A DNA stretch of 63,521 bases, filler included, from Octopus bimaculoides (GCF_001194135.2; 9 parts of 9 records of this genome joined end to end with filler, not necessarily neighbours in it), one strand, 5' to 3'. Counted from the first letter of the whole stretch, positions 51,743 to 63,521 are shown. Notes: generated by a model from the sequence alone, not told the origin. A program made the numbers and translations.

Positions 51743-51865
51743 CTAGGGTGTTAGGGTTAGGGTTTTAGGGTCAGGGTTTAGGGTTAGGGCTACGGTTTGG
51801 GTTAGGATTAGTGTTACGGTTACGGTTTTAGGGTCATGGTTAGGGTTTAGGGTTACGGTTACGGT
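51743..51865 (+). repeat. Degenerate interstitial telomere-like (TTAGGG)n tract
   Basis: About 20 units mixing TTAGGG, TCAGGG, TTACGG and TTTAGGG; runs into an N gap. Confidence 0.8.
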
Positions 51866-52544
51866 NNNNNNNNNNNNNNNNNNNNNNNNNNNNNNNNNNN
51901 NNNNNNNNNNNNNNNNNNNNNNNNNNNNNNNNNNNNNNNNNNNNNNNNNNNNNNNNNNNNNNNNNNNNNNNNNNNNNNNNNNNNNNNNNNNNNNNNNNNN
52001 NNNNNNNNNNNNNNNNNNNNNNNNNNNNNNNNNNNNNNNNNNNNNNNNNNNNNNNNNNNNNNNNNNNNNNNNNNNNNNNNNNNNNNNNNNNNNNNNNNNN
52101 NNNNNNNNNNNNNNNNNNNNNNNNNNNNNNNNNNNNNNNNNNNNNNNNNNNNNNNNNNNNNNNNNNNNNNNNNNNNNNNNNNNNNNNNNNNNNNNNNNNN
52201 NNNNNNNNNNNNNNNNNNNNNNNNNNNNNNNNNNNNNNNNNNNNNNNNNNNNNNNNNNNNNNNNNNNNNNNNNNNNNNNNNNNNNNNNNNNNNNNNNNNN
52301 NNNNNNNNNNNNNNNNNNNNNNNNNNNNNNNNNNNNNNNNNNNNNNNNNNNNNNNNNNNNNNNNNNNNNNNNNNNNNNNNNNNNNNNNNNNNNNNNNNNG
52401 CTTCAACATCTTCTGCCCAATCTGATAGAATTCTGGCAAAACTGTGTAGCAACAGATCGCCAGTAATTGCTTCATCACAAATTGCTGTCCTAGCTCCTGC
52501 GAAAAGGGATTACTCTGCTATGTATAATCAGGGCAGCGCAAAAA

Positions 52545-52791
52545 GTTGTTTTGCACAAGCATTTCTATAGCCAATTAGACGGATGAAATTTACGTATGCT
52601 TAATAATTTTACGCAAAACAGCCTTCAGACTTTCCCTATTAATTTCATCGTCTTTTGAATTATGAACATATTTACATCATAAGGGTTTTTTCGTTGTAAG
52701 GCTTTCTTTTTTAGTTGATTTTCACCTAGCAAGACTTATCGTAGATGGCGTAATAAGTCACACCCGGACAAGGTCGGGTTATACTGCTAGT
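52545..52791 (+). mobile_element. Non-autonomous Helitron-like 3' end
   Basis: GC-rich hairpin CCCGGACAAGGTCGGG a few bases before terminal CTAG|T (52787-52790). The left boundary is uncertain. Confidence 0.5.
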
Positions 52792-52849
52792 TAATAATAA
52801 ATTTTAGTATATTCCATCTTCTGTGATTCATTTGTTATATATATAGTGA

Positions 52850-53430
52850 TGTGAAATCAAATCATGGCCAATGACTCTGTAAGTAAAGTGAGATCACAGC
52901 CGTGGCCGACACCAGTGTTGTATAACCAGTCCATTTAAAAGTACCCTTGAATCATCGGGCAATATGCTGCGCTTGAGAAGACCTGTTGAGTCAAGTAAAA
53001 TCGAAATGGAAATTGTAGTTATGGCAGATGCCAGTGCCACCTGACTTGCATCCATGCTGGTGGTACATAATAAGCACCAGTCAAGCATGGGTCGATGCCA
53101 ATGTTGCCTAGATGGCTCCTTGCACAGGTGACTAGTACAAAGCACCATCCAAATGTAGTTGATGCTAGTGGCCCCTGACTGGCTCCAATGTCAGTGGTAT
53201 GTAAAAAGCACCATCCGTATGTGGTCGATGCCAGTGTCGCCTGACTGGTTCCCGTGCCATNNNNNNNNNNAGTGTCGCCTGACTGGTTCCCGTGCCATGT
53301 GAAAAGCACCCACTACACTTTTGGAGTGGTTGGCATTAGGAAGGGCATCCAACTGTACAACCCTTGCTAGATCAGTCCTCAGTCAAACCGTCCAACCCAT
53401 GCCAGCATGGAAACCAGTCATTAAATGATG
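52850..53430 (+). mobile_element. SINE family B copy with ~5 internal ~60-bp tandem units
   Basis: Repeats of gtcgatgccagtgtcgcctgactgg...aaaagcacca, then ggcattaggaagggcatccaactgta and an (ATG)n tail. Confidence 0.75.
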
Positions 53431-53483
53431 ATGATATATACATAAATATATACATATATATATATAAGTACATACATAAATAC

Positions 53484-53536
<53 letters not shown>

Positions 53537-54631
53537 TAAATACATACACATACACATAAATACACACACATATATATACGGAAACACACACAAATATATG
53601 TACCCATATATATGTAGGTATGTACATATATATGCATATATTTATATAATTATATGATTGAACGCTACGCATCCATTTCCAAGTAAGTTTTATCTTAATG
53701 ATTACAATGCACACACTTATTCTATCTCTATTCTTTCATCTATCTCCCTCGCTTGTTCTTCCTTTCTGTTTTTCTCTCCCACCCTTTCGCTCCCCCCTCC
53801 ACCGTTCCCTCTCTCTCTCTCAATCTTTCTCCTTGACTCTCTTGTTGCTCACATGTGACCAATGGCCATCCATTTTCCTTTCTTCCACTTCCTTCCTAAA
53901 GACAAGACATGCTTTTATCTGTCACTTCTCAAAGCTTGTTTTTCCAGCATTCACCACTTCACATCGTCTTAGCTTAACAGCCCTCAGCGTTTGTTTTTAG
54001 TGTTTCAGTTTCACAGCCTTGTTTTTGTTACCATTTTCACCCTCTGCAAAAAATCCCAAATTTTGTTTAATTTGTTTTGCAGGAAGGACTGTTTTAACGA
54101 AGTCGTGTCTTGTCTCTACCTCCGAAACGCGGAGTAGATAAAACAGGGGGAAACTGATGAAGGGTATGTTCTTTATGTTGCCTGTCTCGTTTCTCTGTTT
54201 TTTTCTTTCTTTCTTTCAATGTTTGAAAAAAGTTTGTTTTCTATGTTTTTTATGTTCTCGTTTCGCATTTTGTCTACATATATATGTACCCATACATGCA
54301 TGTATATATACATATATATGTAGGTATGCACATATATATATATACATATATTTATATTATACATATATATATATATATATANNNNNNNNNNNNNNNNNNN
54401 NNNNNNNNNNNNNNNNNNNNNNNNNTTAATTAATTAANNNNNNNNNNNNNNNNNNNNNNNNNNNNNNNNNNNNNNNNNNNNGTGTGTGTGTGTATATGCA
54501 CACACACACATATATATATATCTATAAAACTTTACATAATGTTTGCCTTTGTGCTAATCCTTATTGATTATTTTTTACTGTATCTGTACGAAACAAGTAT
54601 TTCTGCTGTTTACATTTAGCTAGTAAAGCCT

Positions 54632-54662
<31 letters not shown>

Positions 54663-55060
54663 ACACACACACATACACGCACATATAGGCACAACGCACA
54701 CGCACACATATACATAGGCACATATCTATGAAGTATATTCGAAATGATTGCGTTTATTATGATAGATGACGTACTTATTCGAGGAATGAAAACTTTAAAA
54801 GAATGTTTGGTGATGATTAAATAATGTTTTACTATGAACAAAGAGCAGACGATCAATTTATCGAAACATTTAGAGTAAAGAATTAAGGGCAAGAAGTGGT
54901 TTTATTGAGTGAATTATCTGACCTGGTATAGGTCGAAACCTTTCCTACACATGTCAAGCCCATCGATTCTTTAAAGGAACCGATCATAATAACCAGTTTA
55001 ACACATGACTATCTGTTTCATCCTTTTAACCCTAAGTTACAAGTATATATAGACATACAT

Positions 55061-55454
55061 TGTTGTTGTTGTTGTTGGCAATCCGTCTCTTACGACGCCG
55101 AGGGTTCCAGTTGATCCGATAAACGGAACAGCCTGCTCGTGAAATTAGCGTGCAAGTGGTTGAGCATTCCACAGATACGTGTACTCTTAACGTAATTCTC
55201 AGGGATATTCAGCGTGACATAGTGTGACAAGGCTGGCCCTTTGAATTACAGGCACAACAGAAACAGGAAGTAAGAGTGAGAGAAAGTTGTGGTGAAAGAG
55301 TACAGCAGGGTTCGCCACCATCCTCTGCCGGAGCCTCGTAGGGCTTTAGGTGTTTTCGCTCAATAAACACTCACAACGCCCGGTCTGGGAATCGAAACCG
55401 CGATCCTATGACCGCGAGTCCGCTGCCCTAACCACTGGGCCATTGCGCCTCCAC
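55061..55454 (-). mobile_element. Full-length tRNA-derived SINE family C with (CAA)n tail
   Basis: Minus-strand head GGCGCAATGGCCCAGTGGTTAGGGCAGCGGACTCGCG...GGTTTCGATTCCC with A- and B-boxes. The (CAA)n tail is RTE-like. The head repeats at 58074-58168. Confidence 0.85.
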
Positions 55455-56224
55455 ACATACATACATACATACATACANNNNNNNNNNNNNNNNNNNNNNN
55501 NNNNNNNNNNNNNNNNNNNNNNNNNNNNNNNNNNNNNNNNNNNNNNNNNNNNNNNNNNNNNNNNNNNNNNNNNNNNNNNNNNNNNNNNNNNNNNNNNNNN
55601 NNNNNNNNNNNNNNNNNNNNNNNNNNNNNNNNNNNNNNNNNNNNNNNNNNNNNNNNNNNNNNNNNNNNNNNNNNNNNNNNNNNNNNNNNNNNNNNNNNNN
55701 NNNNNNNNNNNNNNNNNNNNNNNNNNNNNNNNNNNNNNNNNNNNNNNNNNNNNNNNNNNNNNNNNNNNNNNNNNNNNNNNNNNNNNNNNNNNNNNNNNNN
55801 NNNNNNNNNNNNNNNNNNNNNNNNNNNNNNNNNNNNNNNNNNNNNNNNNNNNNNNNNNNNNNNNNNNNNNNNNNNNNNNNNNNNNNNNNNNNNNNNNNNN
55901 NNNNNNNNNNNNNNNNNNNNNNNNNNNNNNNNNNNNNNNNNNNNNNNNNNNNNNNNNNNNNNNNNNNNNNNNNNNNNNNNNNNNNNNNNNNNNNNNNNNN
56001 NNNNNNNNNNNNNNNNNNNNNNNNNNNNNNNNNNNNNNNNNNNNNNNNNNNNNNNNNNNNNNNNNNNNNNNNNNNNNNNNNNNNNNNNNNNNNNNNNNNN
56101 NNNNNNNNNNNNNNNNNNNNNNNNNNNNNNNNNNNNNNNNNNNNNNNNNNNNNNNNNNNNNNNNNNNNNNNNNNNNNNNNNNNNNNNNNNNNNNNNNNNN
56201 NNNNNNNNNNNNNNNNNNNNNNNN

Positions 56225-56630
56225 GGGTCATCCCTAAAATAATGGGGTATTTATATTTCAAAATTAAGTTAAACAAAGCTCTTTTTGATTTAAAATATTC
56301 TCTCTTTCATTTTCTACAATAGATTTGCAAAGTCCCTATTCTAAAATTCACTTGTCCGTGACGAAAAATTCTCCTCCAATACTGTTCTGACCTCGAATAT
56401 AGAATTCATATTTTCCCGCCCAAATGATTTGGAAGACTGCGGAATAAATCATTACCAGATGGGGCAATGTCCGGCGAATAAGGTGAGTGGGGCATCTTTA
56501 CCTATTCAAACTGATCCAGCCTTTGGAATGTCATCCTCGCAGTATGTGGCCGAGAATTATTCTGATGGAAGAACACCTTTCGTCTTCAAATCAATGACGG
56601 TCGTTTTTCTTCTGGCACTGTCTGAAGCCG
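56225..56630 (-). pseudogene. Mariner (Mos1-like) transposase 3' fragment
   Basis: FFHQNNSRPHTARMTFQRL...HSPYSPDIAPSGNDLFRSLPNHL matches the HDNARPH and YSPDLAPSD motifs. Confidence 0.9.
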
Positions 56631-57147
56631 NNNNNNNNNNNNNNNNNNNNNNNNNNNNNNNNNNNNNNNNNNNNTTAATTAATTAANNNNNNNNNNNNNN
56701 NNNNNNNNNNNNNNNNNNNNNNNNNNNNNNGGAAGAGATGTCGGTAAGCTGCATTTAAAAGACGAGGCGGTTATATATAGAACTTCGCGGCGGTGGAAGA
56801 TATTTGCTTATAAGTTTATATGCACGTGTATACGTAGATATGTATGTGAGTGTGTGAGTGTGTGTGTGTGAGTGTGTGTGTGTGAGTGTGTGTGTGTGTT
56901 AATGTATATACGTGAGTTACTTTTACCGTTTATTTATTTGCAGATGTTCTTAAGTTCTTTAGCTGTTTTAAGTTACCGCCGCCAAATCTGCTTTATCTAT
57001 CTATCTATCTATCTATACGCACAAACAGATATATACACGCGCACATACACATATATGCACACATACACACATACACACACACACACACATACATATATGT
57101 GTGTGTGTGTGTGTATATGTATGTGTGTATATGTATGTGTATATGTA

Positions 57148-57182
<35 letters not shown>

Positions 57183-58073
57183 ATGTATGTATGTATGTAT
57201 GTATGTATGTGTGTATGTGTGCGTGTGTACAGAGTCGTTTGAACGTCGGATAAAATGCTTCGCGTTATTTGTTCCGGGTGCCGTTGCGTGCCGAGTTCAA
57301 ATGTCACCGAGGTCAACTTTGCCATTTTATCATTTCGGGATCGATAAATAAAGTATTNNNNNNNNNNGAATAACATTTTTATGACCGCCCAGCAGTAACT
57401 CTATTCAGCTGAATAGACGTCAGTGATTGGTTGAAATTACAGAAATACGACAACTTTAACATGGAATAACTTGCGAATTCCTTTTTTTTGTTAAGAAGAC
57501 TAAGAGTAAAAGATGTTTTATATGACACATTCTACCAGTGTCCAAAGTTTCAAAGTGTTTCGTTAGTGTTTCGTTAAGAAAATACTGGCGCCCCCGTTTT
57601 AAAATAGATCCGATACTTGTTAGGTGCAGCGTTGGTCGTGTGGTTAAGAAATTCTTTTCGCCACTACTTTGTTTCAGGTTCGGTCCCAATGTCCGTTATC
57701 TTGGGTCAACCAACACTTTCCGAATGTATTTGACGGACTTAAATGGCTCCGGACCGACATAAGTCCAAACCTTGTGTGCTTTTATGACCCTTTAGAGTTA
57801 TGCCAACGGAGCGCAAGCCTCTGGTACCCCCACCCCACCACGTTGGGACAGGTCAAAGGAAAGAAGCTAGACCAGAAGTTCTCAACCGTTTTTTTTTTTT
57901 TTTATCTAGGGACCTCTTTGATTACTATTTTATTCTGGTAGACCCCCATCGCCATTTGATATTTATAGAAACTTCTTTCAAAATTCCTATTTTGATTTTC
58001 ACACATGAACTTGTTTAGGTTGAATGTAAATTGTGAGAGAAAGAAACAGGGCTTTTCCTTGCAATACATACAA

Positions 58074-58168
58074 GTGGAGGCGCAATGGCCCAGTGGTTAG
58101 GGCAGCGGACTCGCGATCATAGGATCGCGGTTTCGATTCCCAGACTGGGCGTTGTGAGTGTTTATTGA
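58074..58168 (+). mobile_element. SINE family C head, cut by a gap
   Basis: Near-identical to the reverse complement of 55360-55454. Confidence 0.85.
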
Positions 58169-59113
58169 ANNNNNNNNNNNNNNNNNNNNNNNNNNNNNNN
58201 NNNNNNNNNNNNNNNNNNNNNNNNNNNNNNNNNNNNNNNNNNNNNNNNNNNNNNNNNNNNNNNNNNNNNNNNNNNNNNNNNNNNNNNNNNNNNNNNNNNN
58301 NNNNNNNNNNNNNNNNNNNNNNNNNNNNNNNNNNNNNNNNNNNNNNNNNNNNNNNNNNNNNNNNNNNNNNNNNNNNNNNNNNNNNNNNNNNNNNNNNNNN
58401 NNNNNNNNNNNNNNNNNNNNNNNNNNNNNNNNNNNNNNNNNNNNNNNNNNNNNNNNNNNNNNNNNNNNNNNNNNNNNNNNNNNNNNNNNNNNNNNNNNNN
58501 NNNNNNNNNNNNNNNNNNNNNNNNNNNNNNNNNNNNNNNNNNNNNNNNNNNNNNNNNNNNNNNNNNNNNNNNNNNNNNNNNNNNNNNNNNNNNNNNNNNN
58601 NNNNNNNNNNNNNNNNNNNNNNNNNNNNNNNNNNNNNNNNNNNNNNNNNNNNNNNNNNNNNNNNNNNNNNNNNNNNNNNNNNNNNNNNNNNNNNNNNNNN
58701 NNNNNNNNNNNNNNNNNNNNNNNNNNNNNNNNNNNNNNNNNNNNNNNNNNNNNNNNNNNNNNNNNNNNNNNNNNNNNNNNNNNNNNNNNNNNNNNNNNNN
58801 NNNNNNNNNNNNNNNNNNNNNNNNNNNNNNNNNNNNNNNNNNNNNNNNNNNNNNNNNNNNNNNNNNNNNNNNNNNNNNNNNNNNNNNNNNNNNNNNNNNN
58901 NNNNNNNNNNNNNNNNNNNNNNNNNNNNNNNNNNNNNNNNNNNNNNNNNNNNNNNNNNNNNNNNNNNNNNNNNNNNNNNNNNNNNNNNNNNNNNNNNNNN
59001 NNNNNNNNNNNNNNNNNNNAGCCCAACGTCAAGAACAGAGGAGACAAGTCGTCGATGGTTTATGGTTCATAGGGAGAAAAGTTCTTAAACGTATAACTGT
59101 GCAGAAGCTCATT

Positions 59114-59156
<43 letters not shown>

Positions 59157-59258
59157 CACGCGTTTGTATGTGGCCTAATTATTGAAGTGTGCCCCTTCAA
59201 CGATAACTCAACTTTTTTCCCCAATTTTATCAAGATGATCGTAATTTACACCCTCGAA

Positions 59259-59690
59259 AAACGTATGCTGTGATCGTATACTTGTTTCAGTCACTTGCGA
59301 CCATGCTGGAGCACCACCTTGAAAGGTTTTGAGTCGAACAAATCGACTCTAGGATTTTTCTTTTTTTAAGCCTCGCACTTATTCTATCGGTCTCTTTGAC
59401 CGAACCGCTAAGTTACAGCGGATGTGAACACACCAACATCGGTTGTGAAGCAGTGGTGGTGGTGGATAAACACACACACAACACACACATACATATATAC
59501 ACACACACACTCACATTCATACACACACGATGGGCTTCTTTCAGTTTCTCTCTACCAAATCCACTCACAAGGCTTTGGTCGGCCCGAAGCTGTAGTAGAA
59601 GACACTTGCCCAAGATGCCCCGCAGTGGGACTGAACCCCCAAACATGTGGTTGGGAAACAAGCTTCTTACCCTACAACCATGCTGTACCT
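59259..59690 (-). mobile_element. Full-length tRNA-derived SINE family A
   Basis: Collinear with 60410-60815; tRNA-like head with ggttcagtcccactgcgg B-box-like motif. Confidence 0.85.
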
Positions 59691-60409
59691 CTGTAGAATT
59701 TCATTAAAAAATATGCATTTCAAAGAATCAAAGAAAGTTATGGAGGATCGCATATATTGTACAGCATGGTTTATCTTCCTGATATTCCACTACAATACAA
59801 AGTGTCATTTATCTTCACCAGTACTGGTCCATGTTTTTTCTGTTGTTCTTTCGAGTGTTTATCAGTTTAGGTTCGGCTACTCTAAGCTTCCGTCTCTCCT
59901 GAATACGCCGTTAGTGCTGATTCCTAGCGATTAAGATAGATTATACCCCAAAGAGAGGACAAGGTAAAAATAGCTTCATAATTAATTCTGCTGAAGGTGT
60001 CAAGCTGCCAAGCTGGTAGCATCGTTAACACGCCGGGCAAAATGTTTAGCGGCATTTCTTCCGCTTTTTACATTCTGAGTTTAAATTCCACCGAAGTCAA
60101 CGTTTTTTTCAAGTGTCGATAGAATAAGAAGTTGTTGAGCAATCCCTCAAAATTTCAGGCCATTTGCCAAAATTTGAAACCAGTAATTAATTCTGTTCAG
60201 GAAATACACGGGCAACTTCAAAATTTAGGCAAGAACAGGTAAAACAATGCTTCGTTGTGCGGGTCTAATAATATCGAAAATTTCGGATTATTTTTCTTCA
60301 TGTTCTAATTAATTTTGATTACCGTGTTTTAACGTGTATAAGGAACCCATTTATTTTTGTCAAAAATTAGGTTAAAAAATATGGGAGTTTTTTTTTAAAN
60401 NNNNNNNNN

Positions 60410-60815
60410 TTTACTTGCTTCAGTCATTTTGACTGCGGCCATGCTGGAGCACCGCTTTAGTCGAGCAAATCGACCCCAGGACTTATCCTTTGTAAGCCTA
60501 GTACTTATTCTGTCGGATCTCTTTTTGCGGAGCCGCTAAGTTACGGGGACATAAACACACCAGCATCGGTTGTCAAGCGATGTTGGGGGACAAGCACAGA
60601 CACACAAACATATACACATACATACATACATACATACATGCATATATATATATATTCGACAGACTTCTTTCAGTTTCCGTCTACCAAATCCACTCACAAG
60701 GCATTGGTCGGGCCGAGGTTATAGTAGAAGACGCCCAAGGTGCCACTCAGTGGGAATGAACCCGGAACCTTGTGGCTGGTAAGCAAGTTATTTACCACGC
60801 AGCCACTCCTGCGCC
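60410..60815 (-). mobile_element. Full-length tRNA-derived SINE family A
   Basis: Minus-strand head GGCGCAGGAGTGGCTGCGTGGTAAA...GGTTCCGGGTTCATTCCC; internal CA microsatellite. Confidence 0.85.
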
Positions 60816-60954
60816 TATTACAGTAAAATTTCAGAATTGTCCCCGTTCGTGTTCTATAATTGCGTTATTATGCTAATTACATTTTCCTCTTTCCTTGAAT
60901 ATAATTTCAATTAATTAAAATATGTTTAACTCATTATTTTAAATATAAGGCTAC

Positions 60955-61085
60955 GGCTGGGCGGTAGGATGTTTTTTTTTTTTTCAACCTCATGGTTTCG
61001 GGTTCAGTATCTTCTACTATAGCTCCCAGCTGATCAAAGCCTTGTGAGTAGATTTGGAAGACAGAGACTGAAAGAAGCCAGTTTT
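60955..61085 (+). mobile_element. SINE family A head, opposite orientation to 60410-60815
   Basis: ggtttcgggttcagt...ttctactatagctc...caaagccttgtgagtagatttgg. Confidence 0.7.
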
Positions 61086-61139
61086 ACGTATGTATGGATG
61101 TATGGACGGATGGATGGTTTCCACAACGCCAGCTATTTC

Positions 61140-61300
61140 GAAGGGGGAGAGGTTACGTCGATTACATAGTCCCCCAGCGCTCAACTCTTACTCAGTTTGT
61201 CGACCCCGAAAGGATGAAAGGTGAAGTCGACCCCGGTAGAATTTGAACTCAGAACGTGAAGACGGACAAAATGCCGCTAAGCATTTGAACCGGCTCGCTA
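61140..61300 (-). mobile_element. SINE family D copy
   Basis: Reverse complement of family D blocks (cgaccccgaaaggatgaaagg...gaatttgaactcagaacgt). Confidence 0.8.
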
Positions 61301-61478
61301 TATATATATATATATATACATACANNNNNNNNNNNNNNNNNNNNNNNNNNNNNNNNNNNNNNNNNNNNTTAATTAATTAANNNNNNNNNNNNNNNNNNNN
61401 NNNNNNNNNNNNNNNNNNNNNNNNATATATATATATATACACATATATATACCCACATAAGCATAATGTGGTCCAGAA

Positions 61479-61530
61479 ACCCATGTGTCGAATCCATGTG
61501 TCGAATTCATGTGTCGAATCCATGTGTCGA
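61479..61530. repeat. 13-bp tandem repeat x4 (ATCCATGTGTCGA)
   Basis: Read directly; four units with single substitutions. Confidence 0.95.
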
Positions 61531-62879
61531 GGAACAAGAATGTATAAAATAGAGGCAATCGTCTGCAGCAAAATTTTTGTGTGTCTTGGTTGAAACAGTT
61601 GCCGATTCCACTAAAAGAACCGAAACCAGGCACCAAGTCTAAGTATCGACTCCTCCTACAACATATCGGGTCTTACACGAATATCTTTTCTACCGATCAT
61701 CACTTCTCTACATCGTGTCTCCTTCTTCTTGACTTACTTTTTCGCGCATTCAGGCGCGCGTACACACACGCGTCTGCGCGTGCATGCGCGCACACAACCT
61801 CATACCCATGGATATTCTCATTCCATTCATATTCGAGCACACACTCATGCTCACCTATTTCCTGTTTCCCACTCACTCACGCACTCATATATGCCTTATC
61901 TTTTCCTCCTCCTTCCCTCCCTCCCTCTCTTTTACTATCCATCTATCCATCCATCCATCCATGCATTCGTATATCCTATGTATGTATGTATGTATGTATG
62001 TATGTATATATGTATGTATGTGTTTATACATATATGTATGCATATATGCATGTATGATGCATGTATGTATGANNNNNNNNNNNNNNNNNNNNNNNNNNNN
62101 NNNNNNNNNNNNNNNNNNNNNNNNNNNNNNNNNNNNNNNNNNNNNNNNNNNNNNNNNNNNNNNNNNNNNNNNNNNNNNNNNNNNNNNNNNNNNNNNNNNN
62201 NNNNNNNNNNNNNNNNNNNNNNNNNNNNNNNNNNNNNNNNNNNNNNNNNNNNNNNNNNNNNNNNNNNNNNNNNNNNNNNNNNNNNNNNNNNNNNNNNNNN
62301 NNNNNNNNNNNNNNNNNNNNNNNNNNNNNNNNNNNNNNNNNNNNNNNNNNNNNNNNNNNNNNNNNNNNNNNNNNNNNNNNNNNNNNNNNNNNNNNNNNNN
62401 NNNNNNNNNNNNNNNNNNNNNNNNNNNNNNNNNNNNNNNNNNNNNNNNNNNNNNNNNNNNNNNNNNNNNNNNNNNNNNNNNNNNNNNNNNNNNNNNNNNN
62501 NNNNNNNNNNNNNNNNNNNNNNNNNNNNNNNNNNNNNNNNNNNNNNNNNNNNNNNNNNNNNNNNNNNNNNNNNNNNNNNNNNNNNNNNNNNNNNNNNNNN
62601 NNNNNNNNNNNNNNNNNNNNNNNNNNNNNNNNNNNNNNNNNNNNNNNNNNNNNNNNNNNNNNNNNNNNNNNNNNNNNNNNNNNNNNNNNNNNNNNNNNNN
62701 NNNNNNNNNNNNNNNNNNNNNNNNNNNNNNNNNNNNNNNNNNNNNNNNNNNNNNNNNNNNNNNNNNNNNNATGGATGGATGGATGAGAGTGAAAGGTTTG
62801 AGGGCAAACACTTCCCACTTTGGTCGAGTCCTCGTCGACTGTTTCGTGTTTCACTCGAAAAGAAAGGGGAGCAGAGTGA

Positions 62880-62933
<54 letters not shown>

Positions 62934-63394
62934 GGGTGTTGTTTTCGAGTAAATTTTCTTGAAAGGTGAGTAGGAATGGAAAAATGGCAAAAGTGAAAAG
63001 AACTGCCACTCTCTCGAACTGTCGTCCTCCACTTCGGGGAACGACAGTTGGAGTGAGCACCCGACCTCAACACTATGTTCAGAGTGATCTTGAATCAGTG
63101 AGGTCACTCGAGTGGTTCTACATGGAGATCCTTCTGTATCAAGAGGACTACATCGTCGTCGTCCTTCATTATTTCTAGACCCTGTATAGTTTGTATTTCT
63201 TGTATTTTTCTCACTCATTCAATTTTCCATGAACATCTGTCTTTGTAAATGTCTCCTCTTGGCCAGGTGACAGATATAACAAATGTGATGACGATAATGA
63301 TGATGATCATGATGATGATGATGATGATGATGATCATCATTATTCTTATTATTACTATACACACCAAAACCTGAATAGTTGCCATACCAGACGA

Positions 63395-63500
63395 AATACT
63401 TTGCGTTCTTTGCGTTCTGAGTTCTGATACCGCAGAGGTCAACTTTACGTTTCATCCCTTTCGGGATCAATAAAATAAAGTACCAGTCAAGTACTGGAGT
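63395..63500 (+). mobile_element. SINE family D fragment
   Basis: gttctgagttctgataccgcagaggtcaacttt...cgggatcaataaaataaagtaccag. Confidence 0.7.
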
Positions 63501-63521
63501 GGTGGTGGTGGTGGTGGTGGT

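Noticed and set aside
54915-54945. GACCT/AGGTC stem followed by GAAA
   Set aside because: The upstream CTGANGA core is absent; insufficient for a ribozyme call.
1-63521. CRISPR array, prokaryotic operon or rRNA
   Set aside because: No repeat-spacer arrays, rRNA-like segments or dense gene packing; the sequence is eukaryotic and repeat-rich.

Overview
AT-rich, microsatellite-dense eukaryotic draft-assembly DNA with many N gaps, eight of which carry an artificial TTAATTAATTAA spacer. GT-AG introns, several tRNA-derived SINE families and RTE/L1/R4-type LINE fossils point to an invertebrate, probably a coleoid cephalopod (octopus-like); that is inference, not a database result. The only well-supported host gene is a spliced fragment near the left end: exons 1443-1540, 2555-2666 and 2876-3042, plus a tentative 311-356, all phase-compatible. 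It encodes an ependymin/LolA-fold-like protein segment. The rest is intronic or intergenic and filled with transposon fossils (DD37D/maT and mariner transposases, Ty3/gypsy, RTE, L1/Tx1, R4/Dong-type, Helitron, hAT and piggyBac-like MITEs) and dozens of SINE copies. The most interesting signals not shown by the ORF track are a near-intact minimal hammerhead-ribozyme motif (49763-49814), three more loci with a shared GAAA..CTGATGAAGG hammerhead-like layout, REL-endonuclease retroelements sitting at (AAT)n microsatellites, a ~700-bp foldback inside a DD37D fossil, long intronic inverted repeats and a pre-miRNA-like hairpin. Nearly all long ORFs in the track are artefacts of N runs or dinucleotide repeats. 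No rRNA, true tRNA or CRISPR array is supported.
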